From NCBI GenBank assembly GCA_965223795.1, contig CBDCXL010000002.1, positions 672,001 through 736,000 on the forward strand: a stretch of 64,000 nt of DNA, given 5' to 3'. Shown here one piece after another: positions 9,959 through 21,271 of this stretch (position 1 is the first letter of the stretch; each line of letters begins with the position of its first letter). Both the position numbers and the translations under genes were made by a program. The notes beneath the pieces are model-generated. The model was given only the letters and a program-made list of their open reading frames with translations, did not search any database and was not told the origin of the DNA. The stretch comes from Nitrospinales bacterium. GTDB lineage: Bacteria > Nitrospinota > Nitrospinia > Nitrospinales > VA-1.

Positions 9959-10543
9959 ATGAAACAGATGGAATTGTTCGGAGGGATGCTTTTGGTACTG
10001 GCTTATACATTTTCGGGCCCGTTCGCCGCGTTCGGCGAGGCGCCCACTCAGGTGAGCCTGAGAGGGCAGCCCCTGACCCTTTGGGGAAATGACTTGCAGG
10101 TGGGAAAAACACTCCCTCGGGTATCCCTTCCCGACGGATCGCTCAACATGGTCGACCTTTCCACCTTAAAAGGCAAGGTGACCCTCGTGAGTGTCGTTCC
10201 TTCCCTGGATACACCCACCTGCGAAGAACAGACGCACATCCTCAGCGAAAAAAACGGTGGCCTGGATCAATCCGTTGATCTCGTGACCATCAGCCGCGAC
10301 CTGCCGTTCGCGCAGACGCGTTTCGCGAAAAAAGCCAAGATGGCGAACATCCGGTTTCTGTCCGACTACCGGGATGCGGAGTTCGGCAAAGCTTCCGGTC
10401 TTCTCATGAAGGAAAACCGCCTGCTGGCCCGGGCGATCCTGGTGCTGGACCGTGAGGGCGTCATCCGCTATCTGGAAATCGTGCCGGAGTTGAGCGCGCT
10501 TCCCAAGATGCAGGAGGCCTTCGAGTTCGCCCGCAACCTGTGA
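9959..10543 (+). CDS. tpx: Thiol peroxidase (Tpx subfamily) with N-terminal signal-peptide-like segment
   Basis: VPSLDTPTC peroxidatic motif; ISRDLPFAQ; LSDYR; LARA; AAGGAG RBS. Confidence 0.85.
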   Translation: MKQMELFGGMLLVLAYTFSGPFAAFGEAPTQVSLRGQPLTLWGNDLQVGKTLPRVSLPDGSLNMVDLSTLKGKVTLVSVVPSLDTPTCEEQTHILSEKNGGLDQSVDLVTISRDLPFAQTRFAKKAKMANIRFLSDYRDAEFGKASGLLMKENRLLARAILVLDREGVIRYLEIVPELSALPKMQEAFEFARNL

Positions 10544-10781
10544 ACCGGATTGTGTTTTGCTGCTTATTTATCAGCCGGTTCAGACTGTTTAACGACCGTA
10601 TGGCGAAACGACTTTAACGAAAAATCGCCCGGATGGGAAAATCGCGCGTGGGATGGATCGGAGCCATCATTTAGACGGCGGGAGACAGTTCGGGTAATGT
10701 GGACAGAATGGATAGGGTCGGAGCGGAAAAAGCAAAACCGGTTTTTACCGCAACATTCACAGGGTGACGACGCTATGAGCG

Positions 10782-10823
10782 CCCCCTCACCTTTTTCCTC
10801 TCCCCCCAATGGGGGGAGAGGAG
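10782..10823. repeat. REP-like palindrome of the CCCCTCACC-CCTCTCCC...GGGAGAGG type
   Basis: 11-bp stem CCTCTCCCCCC/GGGGGGAGAGG (10797-10821) preceded by CCCCTCACC; lies between convergent genes. Confidence 0.55.
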
Positions 10824-10877
10824 GTAGACTACGCGAATTCCAGCCTCGGTTTTAATTAGGCTCCATCCAAGGTCTGC

Positions 10878-10900
10878 CCCTTCGGCAGGCTCAGGGTGAC
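10878..10900. repeat. Partial copy of the MITE/REP-like element
   Basis: CCCTTCGGCAGGCTCAGGGTGAC matches the half-units at 3976-4021 and 18709-18733. Confidence 0.7.
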
Positions 10901-10918
10901 GGACCGGCGGGACTGCGT

Positions 10919-13846
10919 TCAGTTGAACACGGGCACCAGTTCGTCGAACACGGGCTTCGCCTTTTTGATCTTCTCTTCGTTGCCGAGCACGCAGACGTTT
11001 CCGGATTCCTTGACTTTCTGAAACAGCGGCGCGAAGGCTTTGAGATCCTCAAGCTTGGTGGAAAGCAGTTCGTCGCGGTGCTTCTGCTTGAGCTCGACCG
11101 TGCGGCCGGTGAGGTGCTCGATCATCGAGATGGAGCCCTTGCGGTCGGGCGAGAGCGGCGGGTCGAGATGCCCGACGCAGCCGATGATGATCTTTTTCAG
11201 CTCGTCCGCGGACAAGTCCAGATTGGCGATGAAGTCGGCGATTTCGTCGTACACGCCCAGGGTCTCGGTCAGGTTCGGGTCGCGGTAGGAGACGAGGCCG
11301 AAGTCGCCGGTGTAGTACTCGAACGAATTGGAGCAGCCGTACGCGCCGCCCTGCATGCGCACCTTCTCCCACAGAAAGCCGGTGCTGAGCAGGGACTTGA
11401 TGACGTTGAAGCGGCCGCTGTATTCGAAGCCCAGGTCGTAGAGATTGGCGCCCTTGCCCACGTACTGCACGGTGCTGGCGGTGAGAAAGGCTTCGTTGCC
11501 GGGCACGGGATCGAGATCCAGCACCGCTTCGGGCTGCGTTTTATCGGAAATCACGCCCATCAACCCCTGCACTCTTTTTTCAATCTCGGGGTAGCCTTTG
11601 CTCTCGCAGGTGATGTTGACGAGCGTGTTCTCTTTCGTGAACAGGTATCCCGCCACTTCGCGGAATGTTTCCGCCACTTCGGCCGGCTTGCTTTGCACGC
11701 GTTTGAGCAGATCCTCGAGAAATTTATAATAGGTGATCCCGTCGGTCAGCTCGTCGAAGCGTCCGAGCCGCGACTGGTAGGACTGCAGCCGCGCCAGCAC
11801 GTACTGGTTGCCCTGCGGGATGATGGAGTCCTCCATGTCGGACTTGGCGCTGCGGATGATCTCGGCGAGCCGCTTGTGGTTGTCGAAATTGAATTCGCCG
11901 ATCAGCTCGGCAAAGATCTCAAACAGCGGGTCGAGTTTCTCGAATAGGGTCTTGCCGTTGAAGAAGATGTAGGAAACGATGTCCTGCCGGTCGCGCACGG
12001 TGGCGGAGGAAAAATGCGACGAGCGGATGCCGCCGGTGTGGATGCCCAGCGCCTTGGAGACGGCCACGTAGTCGCGGCGGTTCGTCCCCATTCCCAGGAT
12101 CAACCTGCCGATCAGCGGCAAATACTGGATGAGCGGCATGGGTACGGCGCGCGTGTTGAACCCGATCTGGGTGTAGGCGACGTTGTTGGTGAACAGGTCG
12201 TGGTACAGGATTTTCGGCGGCCCCTGCTGTTTGATCTCCAGCGGGTAGTCCTCGCTCTCCCGGCGGATGTCCTCGATCCCCAGCGTGGGCAGGGTCGCCA
12301 GCGCCTCGGGTGTGTCCGGCGTGACCTGTATCCTCTGCAACGTGCGGGTGCGCTCCACCAGCGCTTCCAGCTCCTCGGGCTTCAGCCCGGCCTTGAATGT
12401 GCGCAGCTGCTTGCGTGCCTTGGCGTCGCGCTTTTTCGCCAGGCCCGGCTTGGGCACGGCGACGATGATGCTCTGGTGGTTGTTGTCGAGCAGGTATTTG
12501 CGGATCAGCTTCTCGAAATAACCTTCCTTCGATTTCTTTTTGATCCGGCTCATGAATTTCTCGTACTTGAGATGCAGGGTCGGGTCGGCGTCGTACAGCC
12601 AGGAATTCAGCGCCTGGATGTTGTAGACGATGCCCTTGGCGAAGCCGCCGAAATTGGCTTCGCGCAGCTTGAAGTCGATGGTGTTGACGGCGGACTCGAT
12701 CATGTCCGGCTCGATGCCGTTGTCGGCGAGATCCTTCAGCGTCGAAAAAATGAGGTCGAGGATCTTTTCCTCGTGCTCGGCCTCGGTGCCCTTGAGCCCG
12801 ACGGCGAACATCGTCTCGGCGCGCTGATCGTCGAAACCGCCGCCCATCACCTCGCTGCCGAGTTCGGAATCCATGAGGGCCTTGCGCAGCGGCGAGGCGC
12901 TGGTGCCGAGCAGGAGGTAGCTCAAGATATTGAAGCCCAGGCAGTGCTCGTAGTCGGTGGCCTTGCCGAGCTTCAGGCCGGTGACGATGAAGGTTTTCTT
13001 TTCCAGGGATTCGTCGCCGGAGACGGGATAGTGGATCACCTTGCGCTTGGGCTTGACGAATTTTCGCTGCAGGGCGATGGAAGAATCGACCTGTTTGCGC
13101 TCAAATTCCTTCAAGTATTCCTCCTGAATGAAGCGCAGGTATTCCGCCGTGTCGCCATCACCGTAGAGAAAGATGCGGCTGTTGGAGGGGTGGTAGTATT
13201 TTTCGTGAAACTGCTTGAACTCCTCGTAGGTCAGCTCGGGAATGGCTTCGGGGTCGCCGCCGGACTCGTAGCCGTAGGTGGTCTTGGGAAACAGGGAATG
13301 CGACAGATAGCGGTCGATGATGTTCTCGGGGCTGGAAAACACGCCCTTCATCTCGTTGAACACGACGCCCTTGTACACGATGTCCTGATCGGGGGCTTCC
13401 AGTTCGTGGTGCCAGCCTTCCTGCATGAAGATGTCCTCTGTGATGCGCGGGAAAAACACGGCATCGAGGTAGACGCTCATCAGGTTTCTGAAGTCCTTGT
13501 GGTTGCGGCTGGCGACGGGGTACATGGTCTTGTCGGGAAAGGTCATGGCGTTGAGGAAGGTCTGCAGGCTTCCTTTCACCAGCTCCATGAACGGTTCGCG
13601 GACCGGGTATTTGCGCGACCCGCACAACACGCTGTGCTCCAGGATGTGGGCGACGCCGCGGTCGTTTTCCGGCGGCGTGCGGAAGGTGACGCTGAACACC
13701 TTGTTGTCGTCGTCGTTTTCCAATATCAGAACCTCGGCTCCGGTCACTTCGTGCTCGAAATGCAGCGACCGGGAATTGAGCTCCTTGATCGTTTCCTGTT
13801 TGATCAGTTTGAATCCATGTAAGGATTGACCGGTCTCATATTGCAT
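10919..13846 (-). CDS. Insulinase family M16C metallopeptidase (PreP-like)
   Basis: HILEH inverted zinc motif; LNAMTFPDKTMYP; GVVFNEMKG; VRMQGGAYG; SYRDP. Confidence 0.95.
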   Translation of the reverse strand: MQYETGQSLHGFKLIKQETIKELNSRSLHFEHEVTGAEVLILENDDDNKVFSVTFRTPPENDRGVAHILEHSVLCGSRKYPVREPFMELVKGSLQTFLNAMTFPDKTMYPVASRNHKDFRNLMSVYLDAVFFPRITEDIFMQEGWHHELEAPDQDIVYKGVVFNEMKGVFSSPENIIDRYLSHSLFPKTTYGYESGGDPEAIPELTYEEFKQFHEKYYHPSNSRIFLYGDGDTAEYLRFIQEEYLKEFERKQVDSSIALQRKFVKPKRKVIHYPVSGDESLEKKTFIVTGLKLGKATDYEHCLGFNILSYLLLGTSASPLRKALMDSELGSEVMGGGFDDQRAETMFAVGLKGTEAEHEEKILDLIFSTLKDLADNGIEPDMIESAVNTIDFKLREANFGGFAKGIVYNIQALNSWLYDADPTLHLKYEKFMSRIKKKSKEGYFEKLIRKYLLDNNHQSIIVAVPKPGLAKKRDAKARKQLRTFKAGLKPEELEALVERTRTLQRIQVTPDTPEALATLPTLGIEDIRRESEDYPLEIKQQGPPKILYHDLFTNNVAYTQIGFNTRAVPMPLIQYLPLIGRLILGMGTNRRDYVAVSKALGIHTGGIRSSHFSSATVRDRQDIVSYIFFNGKTLFEKLDPLFEIFAELIGEFNFDNHKRLAEIIRSAKSDMEDSIIPQGNQYVLARLQSYQSRLGRFDELTDGITYYKFLEDLLKRVQSKPAEVAETFREVAGYLFTKENTLVNITCESKGYPEIEKRVQGLMGVISDKTQPEAVLDLDPVPGNEAFLTASTVQYVGKGANLYDLGFEYSGRFNVIKSLLSTGFLWEKVRMQGGAYGCSNSFEYYTGDFGLVSYRDPNLTETLGVYDEIADFIANLDLSADELKKIIIGCVGHLDPPLSPDRKGSISMIEHLTGRTVELKQKHRDELLSTKLEDLKAFAPLFQKVKESGNVCVLGNEEKIKKAKPVFDELVPVFN

Positions 13847-13993
13847 GTATCGCCTCTATGGAAAGTATTCCTTGCGAGAAGGATCGTGTGATTTTGAATG
13901 CCCGTGACGGGCCCGGTGATCGGGGACTGCTACGATGCTACCCCAGCCAAAGGGTGGATGCAAATCGGCGGCGCAAAATGCGGGAAAATGGCT

Positions 13994-14758
13994 TTACGTG
14001 GAGCGGATGTCCAGCCCGATGGGGCAATGGTCGGAGCCCATGACCTCGGGCCGGATGAAGGAATCCTTCACTTTGCCTACCAGATCCTCGGTGACGAAAA
14101 AATAGTCGATCCGCCACCCGATGTTGCGGGCGCGCGCGTTGGCCCGGTAGGTCCACCAGGTGTACTGGTCCGGTTCGGGGTGGAACAGGCGGAAGGTGTC
14201 GACGTAACCGTGGGCGATGAATTTGTCGATCCAGGCCCGCTCGATGGGAAGGAAGCCGGAGTTTTTTTCATTCGCCTTGGCGTTTTTCAGGTCGATGGGC
14301 TTGTGCGCCGTGTTCACGTCTCCGGTGATGACGAGCTTCTTCCCTTCCCTGCGCAGCGCTTCGCAGTGATCGAGGAACGCATCGTAAAACTCCATCTTGA
14401 ACTGCAGGCGTTCGTCGCCGGAGGTGCCGTTGGGGAAATACACGTTCAGCAGATCGAAGTTCTTAAACTCGGTGCGGATGATGCGGCCCTCGACGTCGAA
14501 CCGTTCGATGCCCATGCCCAGGGTCTGGGAGCGGGCTTTCTTTTTCGTGAAGGTGGCGACGCCGCTGTAACCTTTGCGCTGGGCCGGGTTCCACACGGCG
14601 TGATAGCCCTCGGAGACCAGTTCCGCGTCGAGCTGTTCGGGGTGGGCCTTGATCTCCTGCAGGCAGAGCACATCGGGCGCTTCGGCCTGAAACCATTCGA
14701 GGAACCCTTTTTTCAAGACGGCGCGGATTCCATTGACGTTCCAGCTGATGATCTTCAT
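13994..14758 (-). CDS. xth: Exodeoxyribonuclease III
   Basis: [43 protein letters not shown]. Confidence 0.96.
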   Translation of the reverse strand: MKIISWNVNGIRAVLKKGFLEWFQAEAPDVLCLQEIKAHPEQLDAELVSEGYHAVWNPAQRKGYSGVATFTKKKARSQTLGMGIERFDVEGRIIRTEFKNFDLLNVYFPNGTSGDERLQFKMEFYDAFLDHCEALRREGKKLVITGDVNTAHKPIDLKNAKANEKNSGFLPIERAWIDKFIAHGYVDTFRLFHPEPDQYTWWTYRANARARNIGWRIDYFFVTEDLVGKVKDSFIRPEVMGSDHCPIGLDIRST

Positions 14759-14878
14759 GGCGTGCGCCCCTTTGAAAGTCGGCAAAGGGGAAAAGCATAA
14801 GGCAAGCGCGGGCGGCATTCAAGCGGATTGGAGGCAGAAACGGTATCGCACACAACCTGGGGCAGGCACGGCGCGGTG

Positions 14879-14918
14879 GGCATAAAAAAACCCGGCAAAG
14901 CGGGCGCTTCGCCGGGTT
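14879..14918 (-). terminator. Rho-independent terminator of cold-shock gene 1
   Basis: Minus strand AACCCGGCGAAG-N6-CTTTGCCGGG-T7. Confidence 0.85.
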
Positions 14919-14936
14919 CAGGGGTTTGCCCCCTGC

Positions 14937-15137
14937 CTATCTCGGTTTGACATTGGCGGCCTGCGGACCCTTGGGGCCGGAGTTGGTCTCAAACTCGACC
15001 TCCTGTCCTTCCTTCAGCGTCTTGAACCCATCCCCCATGATCGCTGAATAGTGCACAAAAATGTCTTCTCCATCCTGGGATTCGATGAAACCATAGCCTT
15101 TTTTGTCGCTGAACCACTTTACTTTTCCCTCAGACAT
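14937..15137 (-). CDS. Cold-shock protein (CspA family)
   Basis: GKVKWF; RNP1 KGYGFI; RNP2 [25 protein letters not shown]. Confidence 0.96.
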   Translation of the reverse strand: MSEGKVKWFSDKKGYGFIESQDGEDIFVHYSAIMGDGFKTLKEGQEVEFETNSGPKGPQAANVKPR

Positions 15138-15380
15138 AGCAACCTCTCCTCTCAAGCAGTAAAAGGCCTTCCACGATGAAACAGGCCCTACATTCGCGTG
15201 GAATACCACGGGTTGCAAGAAAATGTCAAGCGATTGATTCGGCAAACGGATACCGCTCTATAAATAACAATGGCTTAGAATTCGCCCATCGGGGCCTGAC
15301 TTTTTGCGCACAAACCGCTGCAAAAAAACGCGGGGAAATGCGGCGAAAGCGCTTAAACTAGACGGGCCGCCGAAGGAGGA

Positions 15381-16366
<986 letters not shown>

Positions 16367-16370
<4 letters not shown>

Positions 16371-17353
16371 AACCCAGCGAAAACAACGGAGATCTGCTTA
16401 AGGTGACGGATCTTCGCATGCATTTTCCGCTGAAAAAAGGATTCGGCAACGGTTCGGCAGCCCTTGTGCGGGCGGTGGACGGGATCAGCCTGCACCTGAA
16501 ACAGGGAGAAACGCTGGGGCTGGTGGGGGAATCGGGCTGCGGCAAATCGACGGCGGCACGGGCCATCCTGCGGCTGATCGAGCCGACCTCGGGCCAGGTC
16601 GTGTTTCAGGGCAAGGACCTGCGGACGCTTCCTGCGCGCGAGCTGCAGGCGCTCAGAAAGGACATGCAGATCATCTTTCAGGACCCCTACGCCTCGCTCA
16701 ATCCGAGAAAACGCATCGGCAAACTTCTGGAAGAACCGTTTGAAATTCACGGTTTTACGGACCGCAAGGAACGCGCCGACCGGGTGGCCGCCCTGCTCAC
16801 CAAAGTGGGGCTGGAGCCCGGACACGCGCGGCGGTTTCCGCACGAATTCTCCGGCGGCCAGAGACAGCGGGTGGGCATCGCGCGGGCCATTGCGCTGCAC
16901 CCCAGCCTGGTGGTGGCGGACGAGCCGGTATCGGCGCTCGATGTCTCGATCCGCGCGCAGGTGATGAACCTGCTGCAAAAACTCAAGCAATCGATGTCCA
17001 TTTCCTATCTGTTCATCTCGCACGACATGGCGCTGGTGGAACATTTCTGCGACCGGGTGGCGGTGATGTATCTGGGCAAGATCATCGAAACGGCGGACAG
17101 CGCCACGCTCTACCGCTCGCCGCGCCACCCTTACACCGAGGCGCTTCTGTCGGCGGTGCCCTCGATGGAGCCAGGCCATAAAAAACAACGACTTCGCGTC
17201 TCTGGAGATCTGCCCGACCCGGCCAGCCCGCCGAAAGGCTGCGCGTTTCACAGCCGCTGCCCGATCAAGGAGCCGCGCTGCGAGCAAAGCGCGCCTGCTC
17301 TCAAGGAAGTGGCTCCGGGGCATGCGGTCGCCTGTTTTCTCAGGGAATCCTGA
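16367..17353 (+). CDS. Oligo/dipeptide ABC transporter ATP-binding protein (DppF/OppF-like)
   Basis: GESGCGKST; FSGGQRQR; ADEPVSALD; CAFHSRC. Confidence 0.95.
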
Positions 17354-17532
17354 AACCGGCCCCAATTGGAAGGATTTGCCGAAGGCAAGAAAATTTTTGA
17401 ATTATTTTCGCCTGTTGGCAAAATTTTGTGCTAGTATTGTTCCAGATGGGTTGACTCAGGTCATTGGGCGGCGTTTTACAAAGCGCGCTCATGGTAAGAC
17501 AAAACAAATCTTTAAGGGTTTTATCCTCCCGG

Positions 17533-17555
17533 CCATCCGCAAGGATGGTTTTTTT
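17533..17555 (+). terminator. Intrinsic terminator in the dppF-csp spacer
   Basis: CCATCC-GCAA-GGATGG followed by T7. Confidence 0.7.
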
Positions 17556-17656
17556 ATTTGTCAGCGTCTGGAACCGTTCAACCCGAATATTCATAAAGAG
17601 GCCGGCTCTCACATCGTATTCCGGATCTCTTTAAACATTTCAGGAGTACATCCAGC

Positions 17657-17857
17657 ATGGCAGTCGGAACAGTAAAGTGGTTTAATGAAAGTAAAGGTTA
17701 TGGTTTCATCGCTTCCGAAGATGGAGAAGATTGTTTCGTTCATTTTTCGGAAATCCAGGATTCGGGTTTCAAAACCCTGAGAGAAGGCCAGGAAGTGGAA
17801 TTTGAAAAAACGATGGGTCAGAAAGGCCCGCAGGCTTCCAAGGTGATTCCCAAGTAA
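17657..17857 (+). CDS. Cold-shock protein (CspA family)
   Basis: [34 protein letters not shown]. Confidence 0.96.
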   Translation: MAVGTVKWFNESKGYGFIASEDGEDCFVHFSEIQDSGFKTLREGQEVEFEKTMGQKGPQASKVIPK

Positions 17858-17874
17858 GTCAAACCTTTCAATTC

Positions 17875-17913
17875 AACCCGGCAAAGATGTTTCTTTGCCG
17901 GGTTTTTTATGCC
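17875..17913 (+). terminator. Rho-independent terminator of cold-shock gene 2
   Basis: AACCCGGCAAAG-N6-CTTTGCCGGG-T6. Confidence 0.85.
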
Positions 17914-17954
17914 GTCCTGCCAGGCGGGGCGGTGAAACAAGATGGTGAGCAAGC

Positions 17955-18116
17955 ATGTATGAAGTGAAAGTTTACGATAATTCCGGAAAGTTAAAAAAAG
18001 TGATTTCGGAGAAGGCTTTGATCAAGCGCTCCACCCACATGTTGACCGCTCCGGCGGACTTCCGAAAAGGCAAAAAAGTCAAAACCCCGGTCAAGGCTGC
18101 CAAGAAAAGTTCCTGA
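17955..18116 (+). CDS. Small basic hypothetical protein (53 aa)
   Basis: MYEVKVYDNSGKLKKVISEKALIKRSTHMLTAPADFRKGKKVKTPVKAAKKSS. Below the ORF-track cutoff; GGTGAG upstream; protein-like composition. Confidence 0.7.
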   Translation: MYEVKVYDNSGKLKKVISEKALIKRSTHMLTAPADFRKGKKVKTPVKAAKKSS

Positions 18117-18293
18117 TTGCTGGAATGGCCGCGGGCGACGAAGCCGTGTGTCGTGCGAACGGCATCCGGTCCTTCCGCCCCCCGGGCCGGCCCATTTGAC
18201 TCCACAGGTATTAAACTCCTTCCGATTTTTTGCGATCGGGCACAGCCGGGACGCAATTCCGCATAGCCGCCCAGAAAGGGGAGATCCCGAATC

Positions 18294-18563
18294 ATGAAAT
18301 TGTACGTCGGCAACCTGCCGTTTCAGGCCACGGACGATATGCTGCGAGACCTGTTCTCCACTCACGGGGAAGTGACCGAAATCAACCGGGTCATGAACAC
18401 GTTCACCGGCCAGCACAAAGGTTTCGGTTTCGTCGAAATGCCGCGGCAGGCTGACGCGGAAGCCGCCATGAAAGCGTTGAACGGATCTTCACTGAACGGC
18501 AACAATCTCATCGTCCGGCTGGCCAAACCCGAAGTCAAGCGTTCCAAGCGGCGGCGGCGCTGA
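18294..18563 (+). CDS. RRM (RNP-1) RNA-binding protein
   Basis: RNP2 KLYVGNL; RNP1 KGFGFVEM; basic C-terminal tail. Confidence 0.95.
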   Translation: MKLYVGNLPFQATDDMLRDLFSTHGEVTEINRVMNTFTGQHKGFGFVEMPRQADAEAAMKALNGSSLNGNNLIVRLAKPEVKRSKRRRR

Positions 18564-18649
18564 ATCCTCCCGCACATCCCCACCTGCTTTCCCGGCTTTC
18601 CTGAAATTTTCTTTACCCGGCTTCCGGGCTGGATTACCCTGAACGAACG

Positions 18650-18757
18650 AGACCTTTGCATAACTCGGTCCGTTTTGTCACCCAGAACTTGTCGAAGGGG
18701 GCTGGACGATGCTTCGACAGGCTCAGCATGACAAAAATGCAATGATTGCAAAGGTCT
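18650..18757. repeat. MITE/REP-like palindromic element, copy 2
   Basis: Terminal IRs AGACCTTTGCA/TGCAAAGGTCT enclose TTTTGTCA...GTCGAAG...CTTCGAC...TGACAAAA. Confidence 0.8.
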
Positions 18758-18776
18758 AAAAATTGGAGCGTTGGAC

Positions 18777-19232
18777 ATGGAACTCGGCGTCATCTCGGAC
18801 ACGCACGGACTGGTGCGGCCGGAAGTCTATCCGGCTCTTGAGGGAGTGGACCTGATCCTGCACGCGGGGGACATCGGCGGACTGGACGTGATTCTGGAGC
18901 TGGAGCCTTTGGCGCCGGTGCGCGCGGTGGCGGGGAACAACGATCCGGACCTGCTGCACAAATTCGCCGAAGAGACGACGTTCACGCTCGAAGGGAAATC
19001 CTTCCGCCTGCTGCACATCTTCCGCGACGTTCCGGAGGAGGAAGACGCCGGGGCGGTGAGGAATATCGTGGTGTTCGGCCATTCCCACAAACCGGTCAAC
19101 CGAATCGCCAACGGCACGCTGTATTTCAATCCGGGAAGCGCGGGACCGCGCCGGTTCAACCTGCCTGTGACCGTCGGACGGATCACGATCACCGCCGATT
19201 CCGTCCGCGGGGACATCCTGCCCCTGCTTTGA
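18777..19232 (+). CDS. YfcE-family metallophosphoesterase
   Basis: ISDTHG; HAGD; GNND; FGHSH; NPGS. Confidence 0.93.
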   Translation: MELGVISDTHGLVRPEVYPALEGVDLILHAGDIGGLDVILELEPLAPVRAVAGNNDPDLLHKFAEETTFTLEGKSFRLLHIFRDVPEEEDAGAVRNIVVFGHSHKPVNRIANGTLYFNPGSAGPRRFNLPVTVGRITITADSVRGDILPLL

Positions 19233-19246
19233 AACCCGATTGACTG

Positions 19247-21133
19247 TCAGATGCCCTTGCCCAGCGCCTTGTCCAGGTTGTAGGCGGCGCTGATGAGCGC
19301 GAGATGGGTGAACGCCTGCGGGTAGTTGCCGAGCTGCTCGCCGTGGGAGCCGACTTCCTCGGCGTACAGGCCCAGGTGGTTGGCGAAGGTGAGCATCTTT
19401 TCGAAGATCATGCGCGATTCGGTCAGCCGTCCCGCTCTTGTGAGCGCCTCGACCAGCCAGAAGGTGCACATGGAGAACGTGCCCTCGCCGCCGGTGATGC
19501 CGTCGTCGTATTCGCTGTTCTTGTAACGGTAGACCAGGCTGTCGGACACCAGGTTCTTCATGATCTGGTCGATGGTGGACAACATCCTGGGATCGGTGGG
19601 CGAGATGAACATGACGAGCGGCATGATCAGCGTGCTGGCATCCAGCGTGGTGGAGCCGTAATACTGCACGAAGCTGCCGATGTCGGGGTTCCATCCTTTT
19701 TCCATCACCTCTTCATAGATCTGGTCGCGGGTGCGCAGCCAGCGTTCCTGCGGCGCGGGGAAGCTGCGCTTGTTGGCGAGCCGGAGCCCGCGGTCCAGCG
19801 CCACCCAGCACATCACCTTGGAATACACGAAGTGCTGGCGGCCGCCGCGCACTTCCCAGATGCCCTCGTCCGGGTGCATCCAGTTGTCGCACACCCAGTC
19901 CAGAAGGCGGCGCAGGTTGACCCAGAGATCGTAGGAAATCGGCTGGCCGTATTTGTTGTACAGATACACCGAATCCATCAGCTCGCCGTAGATATCGAGC
20001 TGCAGCTGCTTGTGCGCGGCGTTGCCGATGCGCACGGGCCGGGAGTTGTTCCATCCGGTCAGGTGCAACAGCTCCATTTCCGGCAGGTCGTGCTCGCCGC
20101 GGATGCCGTACATGATCTGCAGCGAGCCGTCGGGATTGAGTTCGTCGCAGCGGTGTTCGAGCCACTTCATGAAGGCGTCCGATTCCTCGGTGAAACCCAG
20201 CCTGAGCAGGCCGTACAGAGTGAAGCTGGCATCGCGGATCCAGGTGAAGCGGTAGTCCCAGTTGCGCTTGCCTTCCAGCTCTTCGGGCAGGCTGGTGGTG
20301 GGCGCGGCGACGATGGCGCCGGTGGGCGCGAAGGTCAGCAGCTTGAGCGTGAGCGCGGAACGGTTCACCATCTCCCGCCAGCGGCCGCGGTAATGGCTGC
20401 GGGCCAGCCAGGCGCGCCAGTAATCGCAGGTGGAGCCGAACAGTTCGATGGCGTCGCGTTTCAGTTCGCAGAGTTCCTCCCTGCGGTTCACCGCTTCTTC
20501 GGCGCCCTTGATGAAAAAATACTGCGCCTCGCCCGACTTGAGGCAGAACTCGGAATACACACCGCTGCCCTCTTTCCCGAGAGTCACATGCGAGTGCAGG
20601 CCCAGCATCATGTCGCCGCTTTCGAACACGGCGCCTTCCTTCTGCAAGTGCACCTTGTGTTCCTTGCGCCCGTAATCGAAGGCGGGGAAGCATTCCAGCT
20701 TGAACTTGAGCTCGCCGCGCACCACGCGCACCATGCGGATGACCTGACAGGCGGCGCGGTCGCCGGCGTCTTCCAGGCGGGCGCCCATGGGCATGAAATC
20801 GGTGACCTCGCCGACGCCGTCCTTGTGCAGAAACCGCGTCACCAGGACGTTGGTGTCGGGGCGGTACAACTGCTTTTTCTTGAAGTTGCCGACCGGGGCG
20901 ATCTTGAAATAGCCACCCTTGTCGCGGTCCAGCAGGGCTGCGAACACGCTGGGGGAATCGAAATGGGGGTAGCACAGCCAGTCTATGGAACCCTCGACGC
21001 TGACCAGCGCCACGGTGTGCATGTTGCCGATGATGCCGTAGTTTTCGATCGGCTGGTCCCTGGGACCCTGGAAGGGGTCCTTCAGGCGTTCCACAAAGGA
21101 TTTTTCCTGGTTCTGGGAACTCATGTCGTCCAT
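19247..21133 (-). CDS. Glycoside hydrolase family 15 (glucoamylase/trehalase-like)
   Basis: [44 protein letters not shown]. Start placed at the ATG with GGAGG RBS. Confidence 0.93.
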   Translation of the reverse strand: MDDMSSQNQEKSFVERLKDPFQGPRDQPIENYGIIGNMHTVALVSVEGSIDWLCYPHFDSPSVFAALLDRDKGGYFKIAPVGNFKKKQLYRPDTNVLVTRFLHKDGVGEVTDFMPMGARLEDAGDRAACQVIRMVRVVRGELKFKLECFPAFDYGRKEHKVHLQKEGAVFESGDMMLGLHSHVTLGKEGSGVYSEFCLKSGEAQYFFIKGAEEAVNRREELCELKRDAIELFGSTCDYWRAWLARSHYRGRWREMVNRSALTLKLLTFAPTGAIVAAPTTSLPEELEGKRNWDYRFTWIRDASFTLYGLLRLGFTEESDAFMKWLEHRCDELNPDGSLQIMYGIRGEHDLPEMELLHLTGWNNSRPVRIGNAAHKQLQLDIYGELMDSVYLYNKYGQPISYDLWVNLRRLLDWVCDNWMHPDEGIWEVRGGRQHFVYSKVMCWVALDRGLRLANKRSFPAPQERWLRTRDQIYEEVMEKGWNPDIGSFVQYYGSTTLDASTLIMPLVMFISPTDPRMLSTIDQIMKNLVSDSLVYRYKNSEYDDGITGGEGTFSMCTFWLVEALTRAGRLTESRMIFEKMLTFANHLGLYAEEVGSHGEQLGNYPQAFTHLALISAAYNLDKALGKGI

Positions 21134-21271
21134 CGCCCGGCCTCCGTTCGGCATGAAATCAAAGGAGTTTTGCCTGGAAGCCCAGCGGCCTCCGATAACG
21201 AACCCCCTAAAAATATGATAACACCTTTTTTTTTAATAACTTACTATTTTTCCGGCCGGCTTCCCAGGCGA

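Noticed and set aside
17414..17431. Sigma54 promoter TGGCAAAATTTTGTGC
   Set aside because: GG-to-GC spacing is 11 nt rather than the required 10.
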